From Octopus vulgaris (lineage: Eukaryota): DNA of 64,000 bases. Made by a program: the position numbers and the translations under genes. A model generated the notes under the pieces. That model did not search any database. It was not told the DNA's origin and saw nothing but the letters and a program-made list of their open reading frames with translations. Positions 11,638 to 23,620 of the stretch are shown here, in pieces (position 1 is the stretch's first letter; each line of letters begins with the position of its first letter). The stretch spans positions 176,948,001 through 177,012,000 of the forward strand of contig OX597814.1 in NCBI GenBank assembly GCA_951406725.2, written 5' to 3'.

Positions 11638-12504
11638 CAGGGTGTGATGGGTAAATGATCACCATTTTATGTTTTTAATTTCACACATGCGTATTGTTGG
11701 TTTCTGATTTTATCAACTACAGAGTATAGTAGGGTCAGTTAGGCACCGTCTATGAGAAAAACAGCACCATGACACAATTCACTCTGTCAGAAATTTGGAA
11801 ACAACATGCTGTAGTGCTTGGCATATGTGCCAGAAGCTACAATACAAACATTTCAGAGTGTTTGTGTGTCAGTCTGAAGACATGTACCGAGAGCGATAAG
11901 TATCAGACATCCAGTCAACATCGTGGTGTTTGGAGTGATCACTAGTGATGGTGACGTTATGCTTCCATTCATCTTCCAACACAACCTCACATTCAACACA
12001 GAGGCCTACATCATGTGCCTGGAGGAACTAGTGTTGCCCTGGGTCATGAGGGTGGCTGCTGGAAGACCTTACGTCTGGAAACAGGACTCAGCACCATGCC
12101 ACACAAGCAGGAGAACCCAGTCTTGACTTTCAGACAATTTCTGCGACCACGTCCCCCTAACATCTGGCCACCTAACTACCCAGACTGCAGTACCCTTGAT
12201 TATTATGTGTGTAGTGCAGTTGAGCGAGACCAACAAAACTTGTAACACCAAAGATGAACTGAAGGCAAGGATTATGGTAGTATTCACCAACTTAAACAAG
12301 GAAATCGTCCAGAAGAGTTGCAGGAGATTCCGAAATCGTCTAGAGGCCGTGGTTGAAACAAATGGCGATTTTATTGAATAAATTTACTCTTTAGTATTTC
12401 GAGTTATTTTTATGTAATTTTGGTAAATATATCTGTTAAAATGAAATGTCAGTGTTATTTTCATTTTTGCGTAATTTAGACGACAGTTTATTCACCGCAC
12501 CCTG
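11638..12504 (+). mobile_element. Internally deleted Tc1/mariner transposon, DD37D (maT) type
   Basis: TA TSDs and TIRs cagggtgtgatgggtaaa / tttattcaccgcaccctg. Transposase C-terminal relic VVFGVIT...WKQDSAPCH...WPPNYPDCSTLDY...NGDFIE has 37 residues between the last two Asp after repairing one frameshift. Confidence 0.88.
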
Positions 12505-12508
12505 TATA

Positions 12509-12907
12509 TCTTTATATATAAAAGTGAAGTTGTGAGTCTGTCTCCTACGATTTAGATTCCTAACTACTCCCACATTTTGCGGTGCAGTTTAACCAAAACC
12601 GGGTATCTTATAGTCGTGATTCATATCGAGCCCTTCTGGGTATTAGCGCGCGTCTACGATGAGTCTACGATTTTAAAAATAATTTACCATCATTTTTTTT
12701 CCATTTTAATGCATTTTTTTCGCTATTATATAAGGGAAGTAACTCTCTAAAAATGTCTACGATGAGTCAACGATTTAAAAAAAATTTACAATAATTTTTT
12801 TCCATTTTTAATGCATTTTTTTTGCTATTTTTTGGCTAAAACTCTCTAAAAATGCTTATATAGTTATTTCCCTTACAAACCCGAGCAACGCCGGTCGATA
12901 CTGCTAG
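12509..12907 (+). mobile_element. Non-autonomous Helitron
   Basis: Inserted between A and T; 5' TCTTTATATATAAAAG; 3' GC-rich hairpin ccgagcaacgccgg about 12 nt before terminal CTAG; no TSD or TIR. Confidence 0.8.
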
Positions 12908-13291
12908 TGTATATATAAAAAAGCAAACAGGTTTGTCGATTATAAAATGTAAGATCTTGAATCCATGGAGATTGGTATTCGGTGTCGGCCAAAGTTAACC
13001 AAACAGCGTCGTTTGTTATTTTTACAGAAGTAATTAACGCTTTATACATGTTTTCTATATACAGCAAGACTGGTTGAGTGTTTGATATAGCTAAGTGTAT
13101 TATTAGCCAGCCATATGATTTCACCATTCTCAATGGAAGGGTAGCTTCATGTGATTGAGTCGTCAACAATTACTGCTCGTATATTAATAATCAAAACAGC
13201 GGCATATAATATCAGGGGAGACAACTCTGATGTTTCATTCTAAGGGGTAACAACTCGTGTACTTTCACGCTATAAAAATAGTGATTGTATA

Positions 13292-13550
13292 CAGTGTATC
13301 CCCGCTTATTTGCGGTTCGGCATTCGCGGTCCCGTTTATTCGCGGAAACCACCGCATATTCGCGGAAACCACCGCATATTCGCGGAATCATAAATATCGT
13401 CCTTGAGTTTTAATGGCTTTTTTCGTGGTAATATATATATTTTTCACACTTTTTAAGGCTAGATTATTTATAACAACATACCGTATTTGACAGCTTATTG
13501 GATGCCCCTTAGCATGACGTCGCTTGATTGTTTTAGATGCAAATACACTG
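13292..13550. mobile_element. Possible Tigger/pogo-like MITE with an internal 20-bp tandem repeat
   Basis: TA-cagtgtat...atacactg-TA ends; ttattcgcgg motifs; tattcgcggaaaccaccgca repeated about 2.5 times at ~13337-13387. Confidence 0.45.
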
Positions 13551-13765
13551 TAGATACAATTACACTGTATCTTGCATCTCTTATTCCTGCTTTCAATCAA
13601 AGCTTGCTAATTAATATAACGACATCTATCTATATTTCTCTCTCTCTCTCACACACACACAGCCTTATTACTGCAAAAAAATAATTGTATTCTTCAGTTT
13701 GATTTTTTTGGAAAACGTTTCCATGTGTTAATTTACATTTTCCTTTATTCTTTAATTCTTTAAAG

Positions 13766-13909
13766 GCTACGAAGTTCTTCAAAGTCGTCCTCGAACTGTA
13801 GAGCATGTTCCAGTTTTAGGCTTACACCAAACAACAGCCAAACCTACATCTGGTCGTGTTGCAATCTTTGGAGATTCCAATTGTTTGGATAACAGCCACA
13901 TGCTGAAAG
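13766..13909 (+). CDS. MBTPS1: MBTPS1 coding exon: (G)YEVLQSRPRTVEHVPVLGLHQTTAKPTSGRVAIFGDSNCLDNSHMLK(D)
   Basis: ttctttaaag acceptor and gtgagg donor; 144 nt, phase 1/1. Contains the S1P motif GR-x-x-x-[YF]GDSNCLD-x-SH. Confidence 0.96.
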
Positions 13910-14137
13910 GTGAGGTGATTCTTTTTCATATTTCTTACCTTGTGTTGACAGCTGCACACAAAAGATTGATACCATGGAGATGAATAAAACCTATTAACTC
14001 TACCTGAGACTGTCCTTGGTTCTGCAGTACAAGCTTCCTGTTATAAAGTGATTAATATTAAAAACCTTTCGTCAAAGCTTCATGGTCCTAATATCTTAAT
14101 AAGTTATTGTATTAAAATTAAATTCTTTATTGTTTTC

Positions 14138-14520
14138 GGTGCAGGAGTGGTTGTGTGGTAAAGAGCTTGCTTACTAACCACATGGTTCTGGGTTCAGTCC
14201 TACTGCATGGCACCTTGGTCAAGTGTCTTCTACTAAAGCCTCGGGCCAACCAAAGCCTTGTGAGTGGATTTGGTAGAAGGAAACTGAAAGAAGCCTGTCG
14301 TATATATATGTGTGTGTTTCTGTGTCTGTGTTTGTCTCCCCACCATCACGTGACAACCAAAGCTGGTGTGTTTACGTGCCTGTAATTTAGCAGTTCGGCA
14401 AAAGAGACTGATAAAATAAGTACTAGGCTTACAAAGAATAAATCCTGGGGTTGATTTGTTCGACTAAAGGTGGTGCTTCAGCATGGCTGCAGTCAAATGA
14501 CTGAAACAAATAAAAGAATA
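14138..14520 (+). mobile_element. tRNA-derived SINE (CORE-like family, head gcaggagtggctgtgtggtaag)
   Basis: tRNA-like head, accttgg(g/t)caagtgtcttc core and tail gcagtcaaatgactgaaac; about 10 copies in the window. Confidence 0.8.
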
Positions 14521-16077
14521 AAATTAATTGGAACAAAAGCAGTTATTTCAGTAGAAATTTGGTAACAAAAAAGTTAAAAAAATAAAAATTGTATTAATTT
14601 ATTCTTTAACTTGCTTACAGTCAATTGACTACAACCATGCTGGAGCACCACCTTGAAGGACTTTAGTCAAACAAATCGATCTCAGGACTTATTTTTAAAG
14701 CCTAGTACTTATTCTTTTGCCAAACTGCTAAGTTTTGGGGATGTAAACGCATGGCAATAGTGACTGATAGAATAAGTACTAGGCTTAAAAAATATGTCCT
14801 GGGGTCAGATTTGTGTGACTAAAAAAAACCATGAAGGCAGTGCTCCAGCATAGCTGCAGCCAAATGACTGAAACAAAAGACTAAAAGAATGTAAGAGATA
14901 TTGGAGCATGATGCAGTCCCTGGACCCATCAGATTCTGTCAAACTGTCCACCACATGCCAACATGGAATATAGACATTAACTGATGAAGATGATGATGTA
15001 GACCTTGTTTATCAAATGAGTCCTTTCTTTATTTAACTCATTGCATGTCCAAAGCATTTTCATAAGTTTGCCCTAAACATCCATGCTTGCTTTTGAACTT
15101 TTGGTTAGCCCTTGTTTCATGTGTTCTGAGTTACATAAAGTTTTCCCTTCATAAGTCTCAAGTTAAACTGTTGGTTGAATAAAATCGAGAATGTGTATCA
15201 TATATAATGTATGGATGCCAGGGAAATATATCCTGTGTATCATGCGATACACTGGACAAGTAAAAGGTTAAGATGGTAGAGTGTAATCTAAAGGCTACTC
15301 GTTGCTATTTCTAGCATGTTGACTGATGCTGTTGAATCACTCTCATTGTGTTGTCATATTTGTTATACTGTAAGTTAGTAGTAGACAAATTTTTAGCTTC
15401 CAAAGGATTAACTATAAAAATGTTATTGAGATTTACAAGGAATAATAATTTTTTAAACATGTTTTTAGATATTTTGGTTTACATTTTTTTTTGCACATTT
15501 TTAAATTACATTTTCTTCAGTGTTACCATGTAAATAATGTACATCTGCATTTGTTGTTCTTAATATATTTGGGAATATTTTCCGTAAAACCGATAGGTGC
15601 GTGGCGGCATGGTTATAAAGTTTGCTTCCTAACTACATGGTTAGGAAGCAAACTATAGCTTTGGGTTGACCAATATTTTGTGCATCAAATGAGTACAAGG
15701 AAACTGTAAAGAGGTTTGTCATGAGTGTGTACATGCGTACATGTATAAATAATTGGTGTATGTATTTGTTTATATATGTGTGTGTGTGATCATCATCATT
15801 TAATGTCCACTTTCCATGCTGGCATGGGCTGGACAGTTTGACAGGAGCTGACTAGGTAGAAAACTGCACCAGACTTCTGTGTCTGTTTTGGCATGGTTTT
15901 TATGATTGGATGCCCTTCCTAATCCCAATCACCTCACAGAATGGACTGAATGCTTTTCACATGACATGAGCACAGGCAAAGTCAGTTTTAACATGGTTTT
16001 TACTATTGGATGTCCTTCCAAATACCAACAACTTTACAGTGTGGACTGGATGCTTTTTATGTGGCACCAGCAGGGTC

Positions 16078-16120
<43 letters not shown>

Positions 16121-17109
16121 CTTAAAATCCAAGCTGTGTCCTCTCGAAGCATTTCTGCTTATCTCTCTTATCTACTATTCCTGTCAATATTGTTGGTGAG
16201 ACTACTATTCCTGTAAATATTGTTTCAGGGTCAATAAATTAAGTACCAGTTGTGTACTGGGGTCGAATTAATTGACTGGTCTCCTCCCCCAAAATTTTGG
16301 GCCTTGTGTCTAGAGTAGAAAAGAATATTGTTGGTGGTGAGCTGACAGAAATGTTAGCTCACCAGGCGAAATGCTTAGTGGTTTTTCATGTCTTTACGTT
16401 CTGAGTTCAAATTCCGCTGGGGTCGATTAATTAAGTACCAGTTGCATACTGGGGTCAATCCTGCTAGCATTTTGGGCCTTGTGCCTAAAGTAGAAAAGAA
16501 TATTAATGGCATTTTCTTGCTTACAGGTTATATATCTATGCATAACTTTTTGCTGGTATGATTTGTATCTCTCTTCCAAGAATCTGTTTAAGTTAGTTCC
16601 GCTACCTTGGTACAAATAGAGTTCAAAAGTTCTCCATCTAAACTTGCTTCCACTATTGAATATGTATGTTACGTATTCATTTATTTCTTCGCTGTTCAGT
16701 GGGTGTTGTCAAATTGAAACAATGTAACACTCAAAAGCTGTCTGGACTGATCTTTTGCCTCTGTCTCCCTCCTTTTGTTTAACATAGATCTTGCCTGTAT
16801 CACTGTAGATATGGAAGTTACCAGTCATTGTTAGGGTTCCTGGTTCTGATGTCTAAGTTGTGGATTTCTTCAAGCATCCAATCTAATATCCCAGAAATTT
16901 GTACTAGCACTGTCACTGAAAGAACATTGTGGGATATAAAGCTATAAGATAATGAATAAATAAGTATTAAATGTAACAGAATAATCTGAACGCTAATAGT
17001 ATCCATTTCTTTGCAGAGCATAGTTTCGATCTACAGATCTCTGGGTTATGTGTCCAGCACACTTCCACTACACCATTCTGCTTAATGAGTGATTAAGCAA
17101 TTATATATA

Positions 17110-17594
17110 ATCGAAATCGAATTTGATGATTCGCATCCATGCTAGTGGAGCGCTAAGAGTACCATACGAGTGAGATCGTTGCCTGAGCAACAAGCTGGCC
17201 TCTGTGCCAATGGCACGTTAAAAACACCATTCGAGTGTGATCGTTACCTGCTTTGCCTTACTAGCACTTGTGCTGGTGGCACGTGATAAAAACATTCGAG
17301 CGAGGTCGCTGTCGTTGCCAGTGCCGCTGGACTAGCTCCTGTGCAGGTAGTACATAAAAAGCACCATTTGAGTGTGGCTGTTGCCTGTACCGCTTGACTG
17401 GCCCTTGTGCCGGTGGCATGTAAAAGCACCCACTACACTCTTGGAGTGGTTGGCGTTAGGAAAGGCATCCAGCTGTAGAAACTCTGTCAGATCAAGATTG
17501 GAACCTGGTGCAGCCATCTGGTTCGCCAGACATCCGTCTAATCGTCCAACCCATGCTAGCATGGAAAGCGGATGTTAAACGATGATGATGATGA
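17110..17594 (+). mobile_element. Solo RTE 3' UTR copy with tandem units
   Basis: Family core and (GAT)n tail. Confidence 0.8.
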
Positions 17595-18258
17595 ATGCAT
17601 TATTGAATGTATTTTCTGTTCTGGTTTACATTACTTGTATTACATCATCCATCATTTGTTATTTATTCATTATTAATTTATTGCTCTGCATTGGTCTATT
17701 TCAAATGTACAAAATATAGTAATTATCAATACATACTACAGCACCGGGATGTTAATTAACTTACTGAAAGGTGACATTTCACTTTGCTGATACTCCACCA
17801 GTCACATCTGACAAACCACGTGCATAGAGCTTAGTGTTGCAAATTTTTCAGCGTGTCTCTTCATTTGCTATTCTCAGATCAGCCAGTAGCAAATCAATTC
17901 TATAAATGTTTCCCCAGCACAGTATAGTGAGTGGGCTATTCTAAATATTCTATAGCAGTACTAAACATTCATAAAACTTATGTTATGTGGTACTTATGGA
18001 AGGAATTGATTAATTTGTTGCAAATGCTCTTAAATCAGTTTTGAGTCCCCAAATGTCAACAGCTTCCACTTTGTATAACAGTTGTATGTTTTCTTCCAAA
18101 CATGTAATATAAAACTGAATAAGGCCCCACATTTCTTGCCTGTTAGAAATACTGGTTCAAGTGGACTTGAGTTCATTTATGACAAATTTTTTTTTTTTAA
18201 TGAAATCATTGGGGAATGCATCTTGTTATTGGCTTCAGAAGATATATATGTATGAGTT

Positions 18259-18468
18259 AAGGTGGTGAGCTGGCAGAAATGCTTAGCCGTATTTCGTCTG
18301 ACGTTACATTCTGAGTTCAAATTCCGCTGAGGTCGACTTTGCCTTTCATCCTTTCAGGTTTGATAAATTAAGTACCAGTTACGCACTGGGGTTGATGTAA
18401 TGAACTTAATCCATTTGTCTGTCCTTGTTTGTCCCCTCTATGTTTAGCCCCTTGTGGGCAATGAAGAA
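18259..18468 (+). mobile_element. Deu/Nin-like tRNA SINE copy
   Basis: Homologous to 6591-6823. Confidence 0.8.
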
Positions 18469-18491
18469 AAATATATATGTATGTGTGTGTG

Positions 18492-18690
18492 TTGGAAGAA
18501 ATAAGATACTCAGAAATCTGGATGGTTTTATATTTACAGATTTTTATTGATATGTCACAGGTTTTTATAAATCATATATTAGCGCTTGCATCCAAAGTGC
18601 TAATATATGATTTATAAAAACCTGTGACATATCAATAAATATCTGTAAATATAAAACCATCCAGATTTCTGAGTACCTTATTTCTTCTAA
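18492..18690. repeat. Near-perfect ~96 bp inverted repeat (hairpin) with a 7 nt loop
   Basis: Arms 18492-18587 and 18595-18690 are reverse complements apart from about 4 positions; followed by a short unpaired tail and flanked by TA/TG microsatellite. Confidence 0.95.
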
Positions 18691-18741
18691 TATATAATAC
18701 CTGTACATCATCTCCAAACCTTCTAATATATGTGTATATGT

Positions 18742-19041
18742 GCAATGGCCCAGTGGTTAGGGCAGCGGACTCGCGGTCGTAGGATCGCGGTTTCGATTCC
18801 CAGACTGGGCGTTGTGAGTGTTTATTGAGCGAAAACACCTAAAGCTCCACTAGGCTCCGGCAGGGGGTGGTGGCGATCCCTGCTGTAATCTTTCGCCACA
18901 ACTTTCTCTCTTTCTTCTGTTGGCCTGCTCACTTAGCCAGTGGGGTGGCGGCATTTGAAGGCTAAAACAATGCAAAGCGCATTGTGACCAGCGATGTGTA
19001 GCAACATCTGATAGCCTGGTCGGTCACAGTGATCACGGTGA
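18742..19041 (+). mobile_element. Third tRNA-derived SINE family
   Basis: tRNA-like head tggcccagtggttagggcagcggactcgcggtc...ggtttcgattcccag; a partial copy sits at ~53548-53725. Confidence 0.8.
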
Positions 19042-19212
19042 TATATATATATATAAACAATTATAAACAAGGGCAAGAAAAAAGATTTCTATGCCAATAT
19101 GCTAAGAATAGACTTTAAATCATCAATCACCGCATACAATATACATTCCCTATGAATACACATGCTGAAATCATGGAAGGCAAGCCAACAGAATTAATTA
19201 AAAAATTCATTA

Positions 19213-19271
19213 TCTCTATATTGAATCAATTTTGGGATTAATCCAATGGATTTCTCCCTCTTCAGTAGGGA
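19213..19271 (-). ncRNA. Hammerhead ribozyme-like motif (type I, G12A)
   Basis: Minus strand reads tcccta-CTGAAGA-ggga...tccc-AAAA-ttg-att-caa-TA-tagaga; all three helices can form. Confidence 0.62.
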
Positions 19272-19591
19272 ATATGATAAGAAATAAATGAAATACTTAC
19301 AAGTATTCGTGGAAAAAAAACAGAAGCAAGAGACATGAGGTACACATAAGTACTCCTTTGATGGAAGTTTTTGGGAAAATACTTTATCCTATATTAGAAG
19401 TAAATTTATTACCATTCACTTCGGGACTAGTAACCACTCTAAGTTGTGGTTCATGACCGATAACATGTGTGCTGAGGCTTGCTAAAGGATTTTATACTTA
19501 GGTATAACTGGGGTTTTTATGTGTACACATGACTCTTGCATCTGGTTTTTCTATGGATGCTTGTAAGTATTTCATTTATTTCTTATTGTAT

Positions 19592-19650
19592 TCTCTACTG
19601 CAGAGGTAAAAATCCATTGGGTTAATCCCATAATTGATTCAATATAGAGG
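19592..19650 (+). ncRNA. Decayed hammerhead-like motif (sister copy)
   Basis: tctcta-CTGCAGA-ggta...tccc-ATAA-ttg-att-caa-TA-tagagg; several core substitutions. Confidence 0.45.
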
Positions 19651-19892
19651 TAATGAATTTAAAAAAAAATTTGTTTGCTTTCCTTCCTCGAGTTCAGGAC
19701 GACATTTATTCATAGTAAATGTATATTGTATGTGGTGATTAATGATTTAAAGTCTATTCTCAGCATATTGGCATGGAAATCTTTTTTCTTTTGTCCTTGT
19801 TTATAATTGTTTATAATTTTCACCTTTAAAGCTATTTTAATATGCTGGCCACTTTGATGGAATCTTTTGGAAAAAAATTTTATCCTATATTA

Positions 19893-19893
<1 letters not shown>

Positions 19894-19941
<48 letters not shown>

Positions 19942-20122
19942 TAAATGTATATATATATATATATGTTTATATGTATATCTATATATGTTTATATATATCT
20001 ATATATGTATGTATATATATATATATATGTATGTATATATATATGTATGTATATATATATATGAATGTATATATGTATATGTATGTATATATATATATAT
20101 GTATGTATATACTGTATATATG

Positions 20123-20203
<81 letters not shown>

Positions 20204-20273
20204 GTATATATAAATGTATATATGTGTATATACAAGTATATATGTGTATATACATGTATATATGTATATATAT
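19894..20273. repeat. (TA)n/(TATG)n microsatellite
   Basis: Directly visible. Confidence 0.97.
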
Positions 20274-20983
20274 CTAGGTATGGTTATTGGTTTGTATGTT
20301 TGAAGGGAGAATTTAAAACAATATTAAAGGAATAGGTTTTGTTAAAATCAGAAATTAGTTTTTAGAAACTCATAATTGTACACTGATCTGTTTATTTTTA
20401 CTCACTGTTAACTCAAAATACACTTATTTGTATTGATTTTTTTATCCTCCTGGGTATAGAATAGCAGCACCATCAAATATGCAAATGAATTAAGTTATTT
20501 ATCTTTTATAACTTACAAAAAAAAAAAAGATGTCTAGGTTATATTTCTGTGAAACTAACAGTAGTTTGGTATATACCATTTTGCTGCTATTAACACTGCT
20601 GTCATAGATGGTGATGGTTCTATTATATTTGATCTATACTTTAATGGTTCTATTATATTTGATCTATACTTTTATACACAGTAATTTAAGTAAACAACTT
20701 TCTAAAGTTTTAAAAATTTTTTCTAGAATAGTTGCTTAACCAGATGTCAATTTAAAGGTCATCATTATCATTTTATGTCCATTTTTCTTTGCTTATATTG
20801 GTTGGACAGGTCCTCTCCAACACAGTATCTTGTCACACGTTGCAGTGTTTCTCATCTCTTTTATGAGGTTTTGCTTCTTGAGATCAGTATTCATCACTAC
20901 TTCCTGTATCTTCTTAGGTCTACCTCTTCTTCAAGTTCCTTCTTTTTGGGAATTTCTGGCACTTCTCTATATCCAAATTTCAT

Positions 20984-21655
20984 TCATCATCATCATCATC
21001 ATCATCATCCTCGTTTAACGTCCGTTCTCCATGCTAGCATGGGTTGGACGGTTCGACCGGGGATCTGGGAAGCCAGAAGGCTGCACCAGGCTCCAGTCTT
21101 ATCTGGCAGTGTTTCTACAGCTGGATGCCCTTTCTAACGCCAACCACTCCGTGAGTGTAGTGGGTGCTTTTTACGTGCCACCTGCACAGGTGCCAGGCGA
21201 GGCTGGCAACGGCCACGGTCGGATTGGTGTATTTTATGTGCCACCGGCACGGAAGCCAGACGAGGCGGTGCTGGCATCGGCCACGAGTCGGATGGTGCTT
21301 TTTACGTACCACCAGACCAGGGATCCTGGCTGGTTCAATTCGATTTCGATTTCGCTTGCCCCAACATGTCTTCGCAAGCAAGGGGGTTGGCATGGGTGCC
21401 TGTTGTACGGTCAGATTGGTGTATTTTACGTGCCACCGGCACGGAAGCCAGTGGAGGCGGCGCTGGCATCGGCCACGAGTTGGATAGTGCTTTTTACGTA
21501 CCACCAGACCAGGGAACCTGGCTGGTTCAATTCGATTTCGCTTGCCCCAACATGTCTTCGCAAGCAAGGGGGTTGGCATGGGTGCCTGTTGTACGGTCAG
21601 ATTGGTGTATTTTACGTGCCACTGGCACGGAAGCCAGTGGAGGCGGCGCTGGTGT
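20984..21655 (-). mobile_element. RTE 3' UTR copy with a ~180 bp tandem duplication
   Basis: (CAT)n tail; unit attggtgtatttta...cttgccccaacatgtcttcgcaag repeated about 2.4 times. Confidence 0.8.
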
Positions 21656-22149
21656 ATCTGAACAATCTTCTCTTTTGCACTAATTTTACTTTCGTTACTA
21701 ATTTTGCACTAATTTTACTTTCATTACTGTAATTATTTTGAGATACTCTGTGTTTCTTTCAATTACTTAAAATATAACAAAGAATTTAGTAAAATATCTT
21801 AGTTATCATTAAGCTAGTGTTAGGAACATAAATTGTGACTACGGTTTGGAGGAAGATTTTAATTCAAAACTTATGAAAATAAGACATTTGTACTCAGAGC
21901 CAGAGCCAGTTTCAGCCGGGTTGGTAACAAAAGGGTTAATATCTCTCAAGTCTAAGCTTTTGTCTCAGCATTTCAAATTTCCATAATTCTTTGATAGATT
22001 CAGTTATGAATAGAACTTCCTACTGACAGCCTGTCTTAATCTCCTCTGTTATGGCCTGAAGAACCTAAATATATAGAAATATATGCATGCTAAATTCCTA
22101 GTTTAACTCATTCCTGACATTATCTTGATACATTGTTTGCTAAGTTCTC

Positions 22150-23190
22150 ACCAGTTAGTCCTCTACACCGAGTTTTCTAAGCAGCCATTAGACCACAGAG
22201 CATAATAATCTGTCAAAAGCCTTTTCCGGGTTGACAAATGCTTGGTATAGTGACGTTTTCACAGCAAAGCACTTTTCTCTCGGAAGAGGACTCAAGTGGT
22301 ACCCTACTCTCCAGCTGAAAACTCAAACTGCATTTCATTGAGCTAATCCTTTTCCTAATCATTTGTGATTATAACTGTTTTCGATGATTTCATAACCTGG
22401 TTCATCAATTTACTGTCTTTGTTTTTGATTCTTTCTAAAGCATCATCTTTGCCCTTGTAGCAGTTTAATATGATACCTATTTGTTTACTACCCACAAGGG
22501 GCTAAACACAGAGGGGAAAAACAGATTACGTCAATTACATCAACCCCAGTACGTAACTGGTACTTAATTCATCAGTTTACTGTCTCTGTTTTTGATTCTT
22601 TCTAAAGCATCATCTTTGCCCTTGTAGCAGTTTAATATGATACCTATTTCTTTACTACCCACAAGGGGCTAAACACAGAGGGGACAAACAAGGACAGACA
22701 AACAGATTAAGTCGATTACATCGACCCCAGTGCATAACTGGTACTTAATTTATCGACCCTGAAAGGATGAAAGGCAAAGTCGACCTTGGCGGAATTTGAA
22801 CTCAGAACGTAACGGCAGACGAAATACGGCTAAGCATTTTGCCCAGCGTGCTAACGTTTCTGCCAGCTCACCACCTAGTTTAATATGATACCACTCTTCC
22901 ATTTATTGTATGACACCCCTTTGTGGTTCCTAATTGACTGTATCAGTGACTGATGCATGCCTTAGCTTGCCATTTATTTTCAACATCTCAGTTACTATTT
23001 CACTGGTATGCTTTTAACCATAAAGCTGTCAACTTTAATAACTAGCCTCTCGGTTGTGTCAGCTTGGGGTAGATTCTCTCTCTTCCATACATTTTCTTGG
23101 TTCAGCAACCTCTTGTAGTAACATTTCATGCTTCTTTCTTCTTGGCATTGGTAAACTCTGTGCATTGTTATCATTCTATACACTCTTTTC
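22150..23190 (-). mobile_element. Old RTE reverse transcriptase fragment interrupted by a SINE
   Basis: Minus-strand peptide KCYYKRLLNQENVWKRENL resembles RCYYERLLNKENEWEKESL of the LINE at ~8270. Confidence 0.6.
22645..22876 (-). mobile_element. Deu/Nin-like tRNA SINE with TSD
   Basis: Reverse complement of the 6591-6823 family; TSD agtttaatatgatacc on both sides. Confidence 0.85.
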
Positions 23191-23232
23191 TCCATATAAA
23201 ATCTTAATTTGCACTAACACACTGTAATCTAA

Positions 23233-23620
23233 AGGCACAGGAGTGGCTGTGTGGTAAGTAGCTTGCTTACCAACCACATGGTTCCGGGTTCAGTCCCACT
23301 GCTTGGCACCTTGGGCAAGTGTCTTCTACTGTAGCCTCAGGCCGACCAAAGCCTTGTGAGTGAATTTGGTAGACGGAAACTGAAAGAAGCCCGTCGTATA
23401 TATGTATATATATATGTGTGTGTATGTACGTGTATATGTTTGTGTGTCTGTGTTCGTCCCCCCAACATCGCCTGACAACCGATGCTGGTGTGTTTATGCC
23501 CCCGTAACTTAGTGGTTGGGCAAAAGAGACCGATAGAATAAGTACTAGGCTTACAAAGAACAAGTCCTGGGGTTGATTTGCTCAACTAAAGGCGGTGCTC
23601 CAGCATGGCTGCAGTCAAAG
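23233..23620 (+). mobile_element. CORE-like tRNA SINE copy
   Basis: Family head, core and tail. Confidence 0.85.

Larger units (their letters stand above)
19052..19893 (+). mobile_element. Fold-back Penelope-type element, hammerhead family B
   Basis: ~300 bp inverted arms (19052-19349 / 19517-19815) and a direct repeat ctttgatggaa...ttatcctatattag (~19356-19397, ~19852-19893); (TA)n on both sides. Confidence 0.72.

Noticed and set aside
18742-18815. tRNA-like sequence
   Set aside because: It is the head of a SINE, continuing into a body that is repeated at ~53548; no clean acceptor stem.
21031-21732. 233 aa ORF with internal repeats and the recurring peptide FLQLDALPNANH
   Set aside because: Antisense reading of the RTE 3' UTR repeat; the same peptide recurs at every copy.
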